64,000 bases of DNA from the human T2T-CHM13v2.0 reference genome, Homo sapiens. Of the stretch, positions 16,130 through 29,669 are shown piece after piece (positions within the stretch are counted from its first letter, which is position 1; the number at the start of each line of letters is the position of its first letter). The notes beneath the pieces were generated by a model. The model worked only from the letters and a program-made list of their open reading frames with translations. It did not search any database and was not told the origin of the DNA. The stretch is taken from the NCBI RefSeq assembly GCF_009914755.1, contig NC_060933.1. One strand, 5' to 3'. A program made the position numbers and the translations under genes.

Positions 16130-17205
16130 GAGAAGTAATTTCCATTCCTAAATGGTGGATGGGGAGGCTGTTTCCTCTGTCAAAAAAGCCTCATCAGAGT
16201 TTACAGGCTCAGTGTCCCCAGCCTCATCAGGGTCCTCCCACACATCCCCATTCCCAGTTGCAGTGTCACACTCTTTTCCAATCAATGCCCTCACTTTAAC
16301 AGTAGACACCTGGCGAGACTGAGCATGCACCTTTCATTGCAGGTCAGCCACTTGCATGATAAGAGCTTGTGTGTGATTTTCCACAATTTCAGCCTTTGTC
16401 TACAAGAGATAAGACTCTCACTCAGGGCAACCTTAGAAAACTTGAGGCTCAGTATGTGCTTCTGGGGCTGGGAGTTACAATTCCTGAGCTCAACGGTTTC
16501 TTTCATTACTTTGTCAAGCGAACTTAGGAACAACTAACCAACTTCATTACATTCCTTGGTTCCCCACATATGGTCAAAGTTACTATGTATAGTCACTAAA
16601 CTCCTTGCCTCTCAAGAGCAGTGAATCAGGAGTATCAAATGCATTTATTCTGCATAATTCTCTAAAGAGTTCACACCAAAGACTATCAGTGTTTTCTATA
16701 CTATTAAAAGTAGAGTCCTCAGCATTTTCAGGTCTAATCAGCTTAAGCAGCCAACTCCAGAAACCCCAAAACCAACTAAAGAAATCCATCCTTAAAATTC
16801 TGTTCCTCTAGAACCACTCCTGGTACCAAAACCTGTATTAGTCAGGGTTCTCTAGAGGGACAAACTAATAGGATATATGTATATATGACGGGGAGTTTAT
16901 TAGGAGAATTGACTCATGTGATCACCAGTGAAGTCCCACAATAGGCTGTCTGCAATCTGAGGAGCAAGGAAGCCAGTCCAGGTCCCAAAACCTCAAAAGT
17001 AAGGAAGCCGACACTGCAGCCTTCAGTCTATGGCCGAAGGCCCAAGAGCCCCTGACAAATCACTGGTGTAAGTCCAAGAGTACAAAAGCTGAAGAACTTG
17101 GAGTCTGATGTTTGAGGGCAGGAAGCATCCAGCACGGGAGAAAGACGAAGTCCGGAAAACTCAGCAAATCAGCTCCTTCCACCTTTTTCTGCCTGCTTTT
17201 TTTTC
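16130..17205 (-). mobile_element. HERV-L fragment: partial MLT2 5' LTR (~16834-17205) plus start of internal gag region (~16130-16833)
   Basis: MLT2 sequence joins the ERVL leader TGGTACCAGGAGTGGTTCTAGAGG. Broken gag-like peptides occur in ORFs 16148..16789 (VKVRALIGKE…GDVWEDPDEAGDTE). Confidence 0.88.
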
Positions 17206-18226
17206 TGAACTTTTAAAATATTTCTACAAAAAAGAATATTTTTAATTCAACTGCTAAATGTTCAACATGAATAATTATAATGCTAAATTGTATTTGTAAT
17301 ATTTTCTCCACTTATAGACAATAAAGAGCTTCTAAATGTCCATCTCTAAGATTCCCACATTCAACCCAGTAGAGTCACGCTAAGTCTATTCATCTCTCCC
17401 TTAAAAGATTGCAATTTCATTCTGCCCATTTAATTTTTCCCTGGGACAATAGACAGAAATGAAAATTAAACCTTTTTTAATAAGAATACACATTCTAATT
17501 TTCCAGTCTTCTACTTTTTCTTCAGTCTTGTCTAATAACCTGAGATTATGTCTCCAAGAGATCAAAATTGATGTTATACCATAACTAACCAGTTTGTGCT
17601 TGGAGATACTTTTACTATCCTGCAATAGGGAATAATAACCTTACATTTCTCATGCTTAGCCAATCTTGTATGAATTCCTAAAGAGTTAATGAGCACTATA
17701 CTGTTACAACTCTGAGTCTCTGCCCAGGAAGTTCCTTCTGTTCTGAGCGCCACGGCAGGTTGGATAGGATGGCTTTGACCTGGTTTTGAATCCCCACTCT
17801 GCCACTCATCACTGTGTAACCTACAGATTCCTATGTGATAGAGGTGAAAACAGTATATGCCCTGCAGGTTTGCTGTATAGATTACATAAGGTCATGATAT
17901 AGAGCACTTAGCAAAGTGCCTGGCAAGTACATGCTCAATAACTGTTAGCTATTTTCATTATTATCATTTCTATCATTTCCTTAGCTACCCTACTCATCTC
18001 TAGCACCCAGAGCTTGCCTCCCTCTTAACACTTACCACCCTGGTCTTCACTGGCTTACTCCTCTGATTCCATCTATTCCCCAAGGGAAGAACCAGTCTTA
18101 TTTGATTTTTTTGTTGTTGTTTGTTTCTAGTGCCCAGAACTATGCTTTGCTCATAGTAAGTCTTCATTAAGTGTAATTAAAGAAAGGACAATGAGGGGAG
18201 GAAAAAATGAAGAGACAAAGAGCTAT

Positions 18227-18368
18227 CTGTACACATCTCCTGGAGCAGGAGTTTCACAATCCAACATGAAGTAAGTTTCTGGGGCCAGATGCATCTGTTT
18301 CAGGCACTGTTGGTATGAACCACATCATGCATTGAAATCTTATTTTCTGTACAATTGCAAACCAAAGT
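18227..18368 (-). pseudogene. GC pseudo-exon: kinase-homology subdomains VII-IX (DFG, APE, DVYS)
   Basis: Reads (D)FGLQLYRK*DFNA*CGSYQQCLKQMHLAPETYFMLDCETPAPGDVY(S) with two in-frame stops. Acceptor is mutated to AA and donor to AT. Confidence 0.88.
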
Positions 18369-18839
18369 TTACCATTAAAGAAAAGAAACACATTTTTCAT
18401 TGGGGATGTACAACCATTAAACTGGAAAGCACCACAAGTATCGTCATCGTCATCATTGACCTAAATGTCTTTGTGATTTAGGTCTATGTGAAGTCCATGA
18501 CAGATGACAATGACAGAACTGACCAAGTAAAGAAAGTGGAATCATAATCACCTAAGATTTGACTAAATAAGAAGCATTTGCCTAACTAAACTTAGATTTA
18601 AAGGTAATGCATGAGGGAAAGGAGAAGATAATGTGAAAAAACTAATCCATTTTCATTCAAAGAGCACTGCCCAAATCTAAGCACTAATTCATGAAATCCA
18701 GATTATCTGCATGATTGTATTTTAAGAAGATTACTATGACAATCCTGGTCTGCCCACCAATCTCCTCTTGGACTTAATCTTTACCCATCACTGACCTATG
18801 TCTTTTTTTGTCTTACCTTTTTTATTATAAAAGATTTCA

Positions 18840-19132
<293 letters not shown>

Positions 19133-19447
19133 AAGAGATTTCAAACATATGTAAACCCACGTGCATATCACCCAGATTCAACAATGACCAAATTCTACCA
19201 TTTGTGTTCCACCTACATTCTCCCTACAGTTGGCATGTTTTGTTTTGCTGGAGAATTTTAAAGTAAATTTCAAGCACCCTATTATATTGCCTGTAAACAA
19301 CTTTAGTCTATGCCCAACAAATGTGCATGTTCAATGCCAGGACCGCTACTGCACAATCCCAGTGAGCGTCATTCACACTAGTCTTTGTGCAGTGCACAGC
19401 CTAAGCAGCCATATATGGCAACCATGTACAACACTTGCCACAGAAGA

Positions 19448-19683
19448 GGAGTCTGCAAACTTTTTCTTTAAAGGCCAGATGATAAATATTTTAGGCTTTG
19501 TGGGCCATACAGTCTCTGTAGCAACTAGTCAAATCTGCTATTGTAGCACAAAAGCAGCCACAGACAATACATAAACAAATGAGCATAGCTGTGTTCCAGT
19601 AAAATTTTATTTACCAAAACAGGCTGCAGAATTAAAAACAAACAAAAAATACGGGCTGTGGGCTGTAATTTGCTGACATCCCC
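19448..19683 (+). mobile_element. MER58A hAT MITE
   Basis: GCAAACTTTTT…AAAGGCCAGATGATAAATATTTTAGGCTTTGTGGGCCA…TTTGCTGAC pattern. Confidence 0.85.
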
Positions 19684-19832
19684 ATCCCTCCCCAACACTA
19701 GCCTTTTGTATAGTTCCATAAATGATAGCTATTGTCAAAACCAAACAGACCGTGTCTAAAAAGTGATTCCGGAAGGAAACATACTCTGTTGCTAGGAAAG
19801 CATGTATACCAATATGATGCTTTTCCCTTTGC

Positions 19833-19952
19833 CTGAAATTTTACAAACTCAGCAACCATCAATCACATAGTCAGTAGATTTTAGCTTCCCACGGTACATT
19901 TTGCACTGATGAAGATAGGCCATTCCTTATGCAACGTCCAGGCAAAGAAAAC
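19833..19952 (-). pseudogene. GC pseudo-exon: kinase-homology subdomain VI
   Basis: Reads FS(F..)DVA*GMAYLHQCKMYRGKLKSTDYVIDGC*VCKIS(D), a GC-type (H)GxLKS loop lacking the catalytic Asp. It has two stops, a 2-nt deletion, an AG acceptor and a GC donor. Confidence 0.92.
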
Positions 19953-21326
19953 CTGGACATGCCAAAGGACTCCATGTGAGCTGAGAACAGGACTCAGGCC
20001 TCCAATGTTCTTAGAAAGGTGATACTTTAATCAATTCCAGAACAAAAATAATAAACTTTTGCAACAAAAACAAAGCTCCCTACATCTTTTAGGAGGAACT
20101 TACATATCATAAATAATTGACTTCTCAATATGCACCCACAACAAATATGAATAGAGAAAAGGAAAAGAAGGAGTTAGAAGAAGAAATTAAGAAAAAGAAA
20201 GAGAAGAACAAGGAGGAGAAGGAAGAGAGAAGCATAGTATCACACACATGTATTTTTAGAAAGTCTTCGAGTTCAGTTTTCTTAGAGTTCTATTCGGCTC
20301 CACCTCATTTGCTTCCTGAACCTGAAAGTGTTTCTAAAAGGAAAGTGTCATCCAGAAGAGTAGCTAACAGGATCCAAGTCTGTCTGCCTTACATCCCCAC
20401 AGCTACCACCAAAGCACCTTATCTGGAATGTTGTAGTGCCAATCCCGATTCAAGGCAGAAGGGGTTTCAAGACCTCCAGCCTAATACTGTTGGACTCAGT
20501 GAGGATTACCCCCACTTCTGGGCCATCATCAATTTTGTGCCCACATAAATTCTGGCTTGACCTGCTGGCCTGGCTTGAACTCCTGGCCTGTTCTCCACTT
20601 GTATCCCAGAGTTCAGGTAATCAAATCTCTGTAGCTGATCATATTTGAGAAGAGGAAGGGAAATGCCAATCAAAACCACAATGAGATGTCATCTCATTCC
20701 AGTTAGAATGGCTACTGTCAAAAAAAACAAGAAGAAGAAATGTCTACCCTTCCCCAGCTCACCGCCAGTAGGAAACCTTCCAAAGCCCATTTCCCATCCC
20801 CAGTCTGGGCTAGATGCCACTCCTGTGCACCTGACATACCCCTAGGAACTCTATCGCTGTTCTGTAACTCTGCTTATTTGCCTTCCCCAATGGACCAAGA
20901 CATTCTTGAAGGCAGAAAATCTTTCTCATTTATTTTTATTACCTACAGTGTCTAGCATAGTGTTTCTTAGATTAATTAATTAGACCTACTGCTCGTCTTG
21001 TCAGGACTATTTGCTGTGGCCTATAGCTACGCCAAACAATGTTCTAAACAGAATGTTCTACTTAGCCAGGTCTCCTCTGGGCACCAGTTGGGGGAGAGGG
21101 ACCTCATTCAAAATCCTATTTCCTCTAGTCTTCCCTGTCTAGGTATACCAACCTGCCCATCCATGCCACAAGATATAACACAAGATATTGCATTCACTTC
21201 CAGGATAATTGATTCCAAGATAACGCATTCACATGGCAATGAGCCTTAGGAATGTTGATCAAAGAAGGGCTTAGTTGTAGGAGTTCACTGGTTGTGACTC
21301 CTACCACTCAAATGTCTGGCTCCTAC

Positions 21327-21470
21327 CAAAATCCCCAGTTGAAAGAGATGTTATCATTGAGCAGAACATCCATCAAGCTTCCCTTTGGGCAGTATTCCAT
21401 CACAATAACCACATCTGGCAGTGCAATACAGCCTCCAGTGAATCTGCAGATGTTTGGATGATCTAATTCT
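21327..21470 (-). pseudogene. GC pseudo-exon: kinase-homology subdomains III-V (intact frame)
   Basis: 144 nt with canonical AG/GT. Reads ELDHPNICRFTGGCIALPDVVIVMEYCPKGSLMDVLLNDNISFNWGF; visible inside ORF 21323..21562. Confidence 0.95.
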
Positions 21471-24139
21471 CTAGAAAAACCAATACAGATTAGAAAGGAT
21501 TTCTCTGGGACATGATCTCCTAATTCCCACTTTAAAATCTGACCTAGTTTTTCTGACCACATAAAGAAACAAATATCCCCCTGGATTTAGTGTTGTGCAA
21601 AAATAAAGCTTGCAAATCCACCCACTGTGATGCAGGGTAAAGCACTTAGAAAAAAACATAATCGTCATCAAAATTCATTCTGGGCCAGAACTTTACATTC
21701 AATATCTGTAATTTGTGCAACAACCCTGACTGGTGGCTATAACTGTCCTCACTCTAAGTGAGGAAACCAAGGCTCAGAGAAGTGACGTAACTTAGCCAAG
21801 GTCCCCCTGATAGGTAATGGAGCTAGATCCTAAACCTGACTTGGCCTAATTCCCAAATTCATTCATGGTGTTTTTCAAACATTGCCATAGTGCATTCCAA
21901 TATAAAATACAAATACAAAAAGAAGAGTTCTTACACTGGGAGAGTTGAATTTTCTTCACAAATAATATTGTTTCAGAAACAAAAGGCAATTTTCACAAGC
22001 CAAGTAGTCACAGACTTTTCAGTCTCTCCACGCCAACCTCTCATATGTTTGTTTTTCTTTAAGTTGGATTCACCCAACCCCCACCCCAGGGAAAGAGTAG
22101 GCTCCCTAAATCCCAGGCTTGCAGCTGGCATTTCAGCGTGGTCATTACTACATCTGCACCATCAGCACAGAGGCACAGGTGCTGCCTTGCATAAACCAAA
22201 GATTGATTTGCAGGTTATCCATGAGGAGCTTTCCAGTCATAACATTTTTCTCCAATCAAGATTCCAGTATCCTTTATGCAAGTACACAGGCAGTAGGGGA
22301 GGGAAAATATCTACTGTCTTTTCAGCTTAAGTTTGCTTCCCCAATCATCACATCTCGAATTACTTCGCAAGACATTCTCCAAGGAATAGCACAATAGCAG
22401 TACTTTTCAGAACTGATGCCAGGGAGGGGAGGAATGTTTATGCTTGTAGTAAGTCCCAGCTGGTAGATGAAGGGCCTTTTCCCCACTCTTCAGAGTGGAA
22501 TTCTCTGGTATCTCCTACCCCTTACTCACTTCCCACCAAGGAAAGGAATCATCGATGAGTGGGAGTTCACACTCACTATGTCACCATTACTGGTGGGCGG
22601 CATCACTGTGGTAAAGACCATCTCTTCCATTACTGCTCCCACATGGTAAGCACCACTGGGCAGTTCCTCCTCTGTGGGAAGAGCTGCTGTTCTTGTTCTA
22701 CCTACAACTGGGGTGGGTGAGGTAGGCCCATAGTCCTGGTGTGTAGGTGGTCAGATAAGTGACTTTATGTCTGCTCTGCAGGCCAAGCTGCTCACATGCC
22801 CACTCGCTCGTCTGGCTGAGCATGTGGGTCTAATGACTCAGATGTGGTCTCTGTGGTAGAAGCATGCACTTCAGCATCTGGCTCTCCAATCCAGCTTTTA
22901 GCAGAATTTGCTTTGAATATCAGGGACTTGATACTGAGGACAAGTGTTACTTTCTTCTCTTGCTATTATTCCTTATGTGTTCTTCCCATTGGTCAGAAGC
23001 AGAAAGGGAAGAAGAGATGAATAGCAACCTGAACATTTAACAACTGAGAGCTCTTGCAAACCAGGCTCTGAAAATATTCTCTATCAACATTAGAATGGCA
23101 CCAAGTCAAGGGCACATGAGGAAACCCCTCCCAACTGCAGGATGAGATGTCTGAAATACCTGACGTAGAGCATATTAAGAGAACAATTATCTGTGTCCAG
23201 CTTTATCATCTATAATATATGTTTTATATACTCATCAAGCAAAGATGCTTTAGTTTGCTGAACCCAGTGAATCACAGAGACTTTTGCAAATGTGAAGAAA
23301 TAGTATGTAGCTGCAGGATACTGCAGGCTCCTTTGCTAACTGGAAGATTCGTTGCTGTATTTTGCAAAACCCCAAACTTCAACCCAACCCATTCTCTCTT
23401 AACCAAGATAAACTGCCGTCAACCCAGCATCTTCCTCTTCCATTCCCTACCCATTTCTATTTAGAGAAGAAGGAACTGAAAACTGATATTAATATATTGC
23501 TGTATGAGTGTTTTGGAATAAGAGAGGAGGAAATAGGCCTACTCCCCTTCTCTCTTCCCTCTCCTGAATCTAAAGCCAGCCTGATGCAATAGGGAAGAGT
23601 GGTGGGAGCAGAAAGAAGCTGAACCTCGGTGGGGAAGTGCAATTGTGATTTCCTCTAATAGGTAAGTTTTTGGCATAATCTGTGCACAAAATAAGGCCTT
23701 AGACTGTAAGAGAATAATTACTTTTTCTAATAAAAGCCATTGTTCTTTTCCTGCAATCAACTTTCAAGTTCTCTAAACATTTGTGATATTAATTCTATCA
23801 AGCTCTAATCCTTTGGCCATCACTCGTCTTCTTGTTCTTAAGAAGAACCTCTACTTATCCTTTGCCATGATGGGTTAAATATAAAATAAGATATAATAAA
23901 GTAAATGAAAAGCAAGGAAAACTATTAGGTTTGTACTTGTGTACCAACTCTGAGAGATGATTAGAGATGACTGAAGCACTGTGTTGCGAAGGATTCTGAG
24001 GCCAGATCTGTACTCAGAGGAAAGGTACTAATATTAGAGCGGTCCATGGGCATGAGCAATGCACACATTGTCCATCCTTGAAAGATTTAGAGTCTTACTC
24101 TTGAGTCCAAAAGGCCAGTTCACAAGGACATCAGTATGG

Positions 24140-24450
24140 AAGGTTGGTGTTGCAATAATACATATGAAGATTTGGAGTTTGGACCAACTACAGGCTCAAT
24201 ATGAGCCAGCAACATGAGAGCATTGCCAGAGATGGCAGCATGGGTGGAGGCATGTTGTCCAAGGCTAGGGAAGCACGATCTGCTCTGTACTGGCAGGATT
24301 GTGGCAGGAGTGTTGGGTTTCATTCCAGATGCATGCTTGGAGAGAACTGTTAGTCAACAGCTAGAGAGCAGTGCACTCGATAAAGGGCTTTTGAATCTAT
24401 GTTTCATGGAGAAAAACAAGGATGTTCAAACTGAAGAGAAAACTTTCAGG
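24140..24450 (+). mobile_element. L3/CR1 LINE fragment
   Basis: Degenerate CR1 ORF2 C-terminal sequence (…CTCAATATGAGCCAGCAACATGA…). Confidence 0.55.
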
Positions 24451-24936
24451 GAATCCAGATACCCACCCTTCTTGGTAATACCTGTTGCCCCCAAGGTGAG
24501 CTTCCCAGATTCTTAGCAACCACTAACTTATCTAATGAGGTAACCCACAGAAGCTCTCCAGTGCATTTACCTGCCTGCCACTATCCTGGTGGGCCTGCTG
24601 CACCCAGATGTCAAGCTGGTAGGCTGGGATCAATTAGCAATTGTAATTAAAACTGAATGTAATTAACCACATAACAGTGAGATGTTCTTGATTAATTTCC
24701 TGAAGTTAAGAGACTACTATAATGTTCTGACAGAAGACAATAAATAATTCAAAAACTCCTAAATTTGGTTATGCATTTGAGTTTCATCCAAATAATTGTT
24801 CACCAAGCCATTGTTACTGAATAAAAATGCATTGGCCCATACACATAGGTTAACAATCTTAATTAATGATCTTGTGGCCCACTACCAAAAGGCTTGAATG
24901 CCCCTGCTGACTTTAAGTGCTTAGAAAATAGATAGC

Positions 24937-25046
24937 TGATGGCTGTACAACCATGTAAATGTGCTTAACACCACTGAACTGTGGACTTAAAAACGGCTAA
25001 AATGGTAAATGTTACGTCATGTATATTTTACCACAAAAAAAAAAAA
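24937..25046 (+). mobile_element. L1M 3' end
   Basis: CCACTGAACTGTGGACTTAAAA…ATATTTTACCACAAAAAA terminus. Confidence 0.8.
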
Positions 25047-25052
25047 TGTTCA

Positions 25053-25185
25053 GGCCAAGAACAATAGTTCATATCTGAATCCCAGCACTTTGGGAGGTCG
25101 GGGCCGGAGGACTGCTTGAGGTCAGGAGCTCGAGACCAGCCTGGGCAATAGAGTGACACCTTGTCTCTAACTTAGAAAAATAAAC
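25053..25185 (+). mobile_element. FLAM Alu monomer
   Basis: Left arm only. Confidence 0.8.
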
Positions 25186-25780
25186 AAAGTTTTTAAAAAT
25201 AGCACAGTGCAGTGGTATGAGTACAAGCTTTTGGGTCAAGCAGAGAGGTACTCAAATTATGACTGGGCTACTTATCGGCTCTGTGACCTCAAGCAAGTTG
25301 CTGAATCTCTCTGAATCCATTTCTTCATCTGCAGAATGGGAGTAATAATGCCTACCAGTCTAATTAGGTGGGTAGCCAGAAGTAAGGAATACAACTGATA
25401 CATAGAAAGCATCCAGTGGGTAACATGGCAGCCGAGGATAGGTCAGACTCAGCATAAAGACCAGTGGGGAGAAGTTACAGGAAGACCTACTAGCGTTCAT
25501 GATAAGGAAAACTTGCTAACTTAGAGCAGTCTAACAATAGAAGAGGCACCTCTACAGAAAGACCATCGCACTGCAAAACCATAGCCCCACAAACCACAGC
25601 AATGGGGAAACAATGACCCACGAAGCAGAGGTTCACAAACAATAAATCACTCCCCAACATTGAGGCTCGTAATCCATTCCACAGGATGAAGGAGCCACCT
25701 GTGAGCAGCAAACAATCTCAGGCTCAGGCTTCCCACAGGGGTGGTTCCTCAAGGCCACCAGCCCCGTGTATTCTGTTTAC

Positions 25781-25865
25781 TTTACTTGCAGCACTTCCCT
25801 ATGGATCACTTTGGAGAAAGTAAATGTCTTCTTCTTGATCCTGTTTATGGCCACAGTCCTCATAA
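25781..25865 (-). pseudogene. GC pseudo-exon: kinase-homology subdomains II-III (VAIK region)
   Basis: TTACAG acceptor and GTAAAC donor. Reads Y(..)RTVAINRIKKKTFTFSKVIHREVLQV(K) with a small deletion after Tyr. Phase 2 joins ELDHPN. Confidence 0.88.
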
Positions 25866-27179
25866 CTGTAATAAGATAAGCTATGTACACTCTTACTTGT
25901 GTGAGATCAGAACTACATTCCCCCTCTCACCCATGGGTAAAGTTAAAGCGGCATCCTCCCAGGACAAGCTGGTTTGATGGGCACAGGAATTAGCTAGAGA
26001 GCATGAGACATTCAGTTGCTGGGGAGGCTCAGGAATTGGAAAACGCTACCAGGTATCTTAACAGCGTTGCAGCCCCTCTTGCTGAAAACCTTCCCTGTGG
26101 GTCCCAGTTGTTAGCTTCAGGCCTCTAAGAGGAGTCTGAAATGAGGAGACAGGGGTGGGGATTCCCGCATAGTATTTGGAGCCATTGATTCCTACAAAGT
26201 TTTGAGGATAACCTTTCCTTGATTGTTTTCTCAGCCTTTCTAGGAGCTGCCTTCTTGGAGCTCCCCAAAATATTGCAGTAATCCTTTCTAATCACCTTGC
26301 TTTGGACTTATCTGCTTGAGTGCACATGTCTGCACTGTACTGTGAACAACCTGAAGACCTGCGCTATGTCTTTTTCTTTCTTTTTTAGACCTGTGGTCTC
26401 ACTATGTTGCCTAGGCTGGTCTCATACTCCTAGGCCATCCTCCCCACTCAGCCTCCCAAAGTGCTGGCATTACAGATGTGAGCCTCTGTGCCTGGCCTTA
26501 TGTCTTTTTCTTGCTCATATTCCCCACACCATTGCCAAGTGCAGAGCCAGCTTTCAATGTAAGATTGTAGAATAAATTGGATAGAGAGCTGGGGACAAAC
26601 GGGCTGCGAGAAGACAAAGAAAGGAAGGCAAGGAAGGAGAAGAGAACTCCACAGGATACTGACTCCACACTTGACACGCTTTCCCCTACCTTGGGTGATG
26701 ATGATTTAATCCTTGTGAGAACCCAACCAGGGTAGGCACTATTGTTACCTTCTCTGAATAGAACAAAGAAATTAAGTAACTGGCACAGAGATAGTCATTA
26801 GTGAGTGAGGGGTCAAGATTCAACCCGCATCTACCTATTCCAAAGCCCAGGCTGTTTTCTCTAAGAAAACACAGCTCAGCCCAGTCCCTTTCCCTGATTC
26901 TGCAGCTCTGCCCTGTCTCCATTCTGCAGAACCCCCTCCCTGTTACTGAAACCTCTCCAACAATCCAGAGAGCTGGCAGTGTTACTGCAATTCCAAGTCC
27001 TACGAATCTACACCAGTGCAGTCCTGTGTTCTTCAGGTAGGAAATATTTGAGAGAATTAATTCATATACGTTAGCTAGGTGCTACTTTCCTTCTCAAAAT
27101 AGTAATGAATACCTTTGCTGTGAGATTATGGTAGGGAATAAATTATTGTTTATGCTTTTGTTAAAACAAAACAGCTCTA

Positions 27180-27315
<136 letters not shown>

Positions 27316-27719
27316 TTTTAGAAAACAGCTGTAATGAACTAAATTCTAGCATGCTTAAGTGAAAATTGGGAGAAAAAATTTGGATTGTGACCACCAAATG
27401 AAAAAATTACATCCTCCTATCAATGGCTCCGAATACTTTTAAGTTATTCCACTTTGCAGTGTGCAGAGCATTTTAATACAAATTAATCTCACTTGGTCTT
27501 CCAAGAAGAATCAAATAAGTTATATATCTTCATCTTTTAATGCAGATAAATCTATCAATATGTTCCTTTCAAGTTTATTCATTGCTTTTCGGTTCGTAAA
27601 TTCCTTTCTTAAAATTTTTTCCTTTCATCTTTTACAATGAATTATTTAAACAACCTAAAATTAATTTGAGAAATAAGATAAGGTGAGGCTATAATTTGAT
27701 TTTTCCCATATTGATCTAT

Positions 27720-27875
27720 TTTTTATTTTTTATTTTTTTTTTTGTTTGTTTGTTTGTTTAGAGATGGGGTCTACTGTGTTGCCCAGGCTGGTCTCAAACT
27801 CCTGAGCTCAAATGATCCTTCTGCCTCGGCCTCACAAAGTGGTAGGATTACAGGCGTGAGCCACCACACCCAGCC
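27720..27875 (-). mobile_element. FLAM_C Alu monomer
   Basis: Antisense left arm with T-rich tail. Confidence 0.82.
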
Positions 27876-28138
27876 CTCCATACTAATCTATTGTTGCAGC
27901 ACAATTTATTGAATAATCTTTCCTCTTTTCAGATATTTGAGCTTTGCCATGCATTTATTACACACATATCCATTTGTCCATTTCAAACTTATCTATTCTA
28001 TTCCAAATCTATTTGCCAAGTCTTTTTCTCCCAATCATACACTCTTCTAATTACTTTAATTTTCTATTTAAAAAAAAAATCAAATAGTGAAAGTACTCCT
28101 CTTGCATACTATTTCTCACCACCACCACCACCCCCTTG

Positions 28139-28143
<5 letters not shown>

Positions 28144-28171
<28 letters not shown>
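28144..28171. repeat. (CA)n microsatellite
   Basis: About 14 AC units. Confidence 0.95.
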
Positions 28172-29533
28172 ACATCCCTGTTTACTCTCATCTGTTAATT
28201 TTTCCAAATAAAATTTAGAATCATAATATTAGCACAGACCCGAGGCCTCCAAGGCAGGGAGCTGGCAATGGGGCAAGAACAAGCCATTTCCCACCTTCTC
28301 TTGAGCAAATAATACTGCTCTTTTATGCAGGGTGAAGCAAGTAGAGTCTGCAAATTGTTTTTTTCAACCCAACTTCACTCTTCCTACAACTTTTGGAAAT
28401 CTGCATTTTCAGAAGCTTTTCTCACATCAAGCAGAATTTGTTAGCAAAACCTGTTCTAGCTAAGCCTATGGTGAATCTGTCAGAAGGGGACGGGTGGCCA
28501 TGCTGTGTGCAGGAGCTTCTAAGAAATAGCACTGCTTAATCCTATCACCTATGATGCTTATAGCAATCGCAAAATTACTTAGACATTTAAAGGGAAAAAA
28601 TTGTCAGAGATGTACCTCTTAGGTGAATGGTTTTACCATAAAAAGCTGACTGCCTTGTCTTGGGTTAAGAACACATTTTTGGTTACATAGATTTCCTCCC
28701 CAATAATTGTTGGAATATTGGCTAAATAAAATATTCTCCATAGCAGATTTAAATCACACCCAAAACTGTCCATTTGAGTTACGAGTATTTGTCTTTTTCT
28801 TTGTGTTTTAGGCATTTTCTTGAGACACTGGGTAAAGATGGGGGGCTGCTAAATAGAGGCCATTTAAACCACTTTAATTGTTATTTCAATGGGGAGTTGG
28901 AAGGAAGTGTGTTGGGTACACTGCTAGGTAATCTACCACTGCGTGACCCACAAATGCAGACATTGTCTAAGTTACATTTGCACGACTTTTAACTAGCACT
29001 GGGAAAAGCCTGGCTTAAGAGTAAAAGAAAGGCCTAGAATCCAACAGACCTGGGTTCTAATCCTGACTCCACTTAATACTATTTGAAAACCCTGGGCAAG
29101 TTTATTTCCCAGCTCTGTGCCTCGGTTTCCTTGAATAGAATGTTAGGAAACTAAAACTTACCTTGTAGGATTCAAGAATAAGAGATAATGCATAGAAAGG
29201 ACCTTGTACAATAGTTGGCACAAAGTAGGTACCTAATGAAAAGCCAGTTATTAATGCCTCCAAGAATATGAATGGTCTGTATGTCCATATCATTTCTAGC
29301 TTAAGAACTCACCCAAAAAAAGTAAAAGGATAAGAGCTCTGTTGAGTGGAGAAAAAAGATTCTAGATGATTCTCTTAGTTTACAGAATTTCTGCCTAGGA
29401 AATCAAATTCTTGCCTCTGGCTTGAAGGGCATCCAAGAGCCCACTCACTGCAGCTCAAGCTTGGCACAGTCGTAGGAACATCTCCCCTGCCCTGCACTGA
29501 ACACACTCCTCAGGAACCAGCCTACGAGCTTAC

Positions 29534-29669
29534 TTTGGGTGAAGTGCCGCTTCCTAGAAGCCAAGAGCAGCCATGCAGATGCTGCCCCCGGTGCCCCTGC
29601 TGGCATGGGAATCCTTGGCCACTGTCAACCCGCTGCCCAGGCTCCCCTCCACAGTCCACCGAACCACAT
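29534..29669 (-). pseudogene. GC pseudo-exon: Ser/Gly-rich juxtamembrane segment
   Basis: TTCCACTCAG acceptor and GTAAGC donor. Reads VVRWTVEGSLGSGLTVAKDSHASRGTGGSICMAALGF, then RKRHFTQ after a shift, typical of the region before the kinase-homology domain. The exact donor is uncertain. Confidence 0.7.

Noticed and set aside
20117-20548. 143-aa Lys/Glu-rich ORF
   Set aside because: It is driven by a GA-rich low-complexity tract and has no domain similarity.
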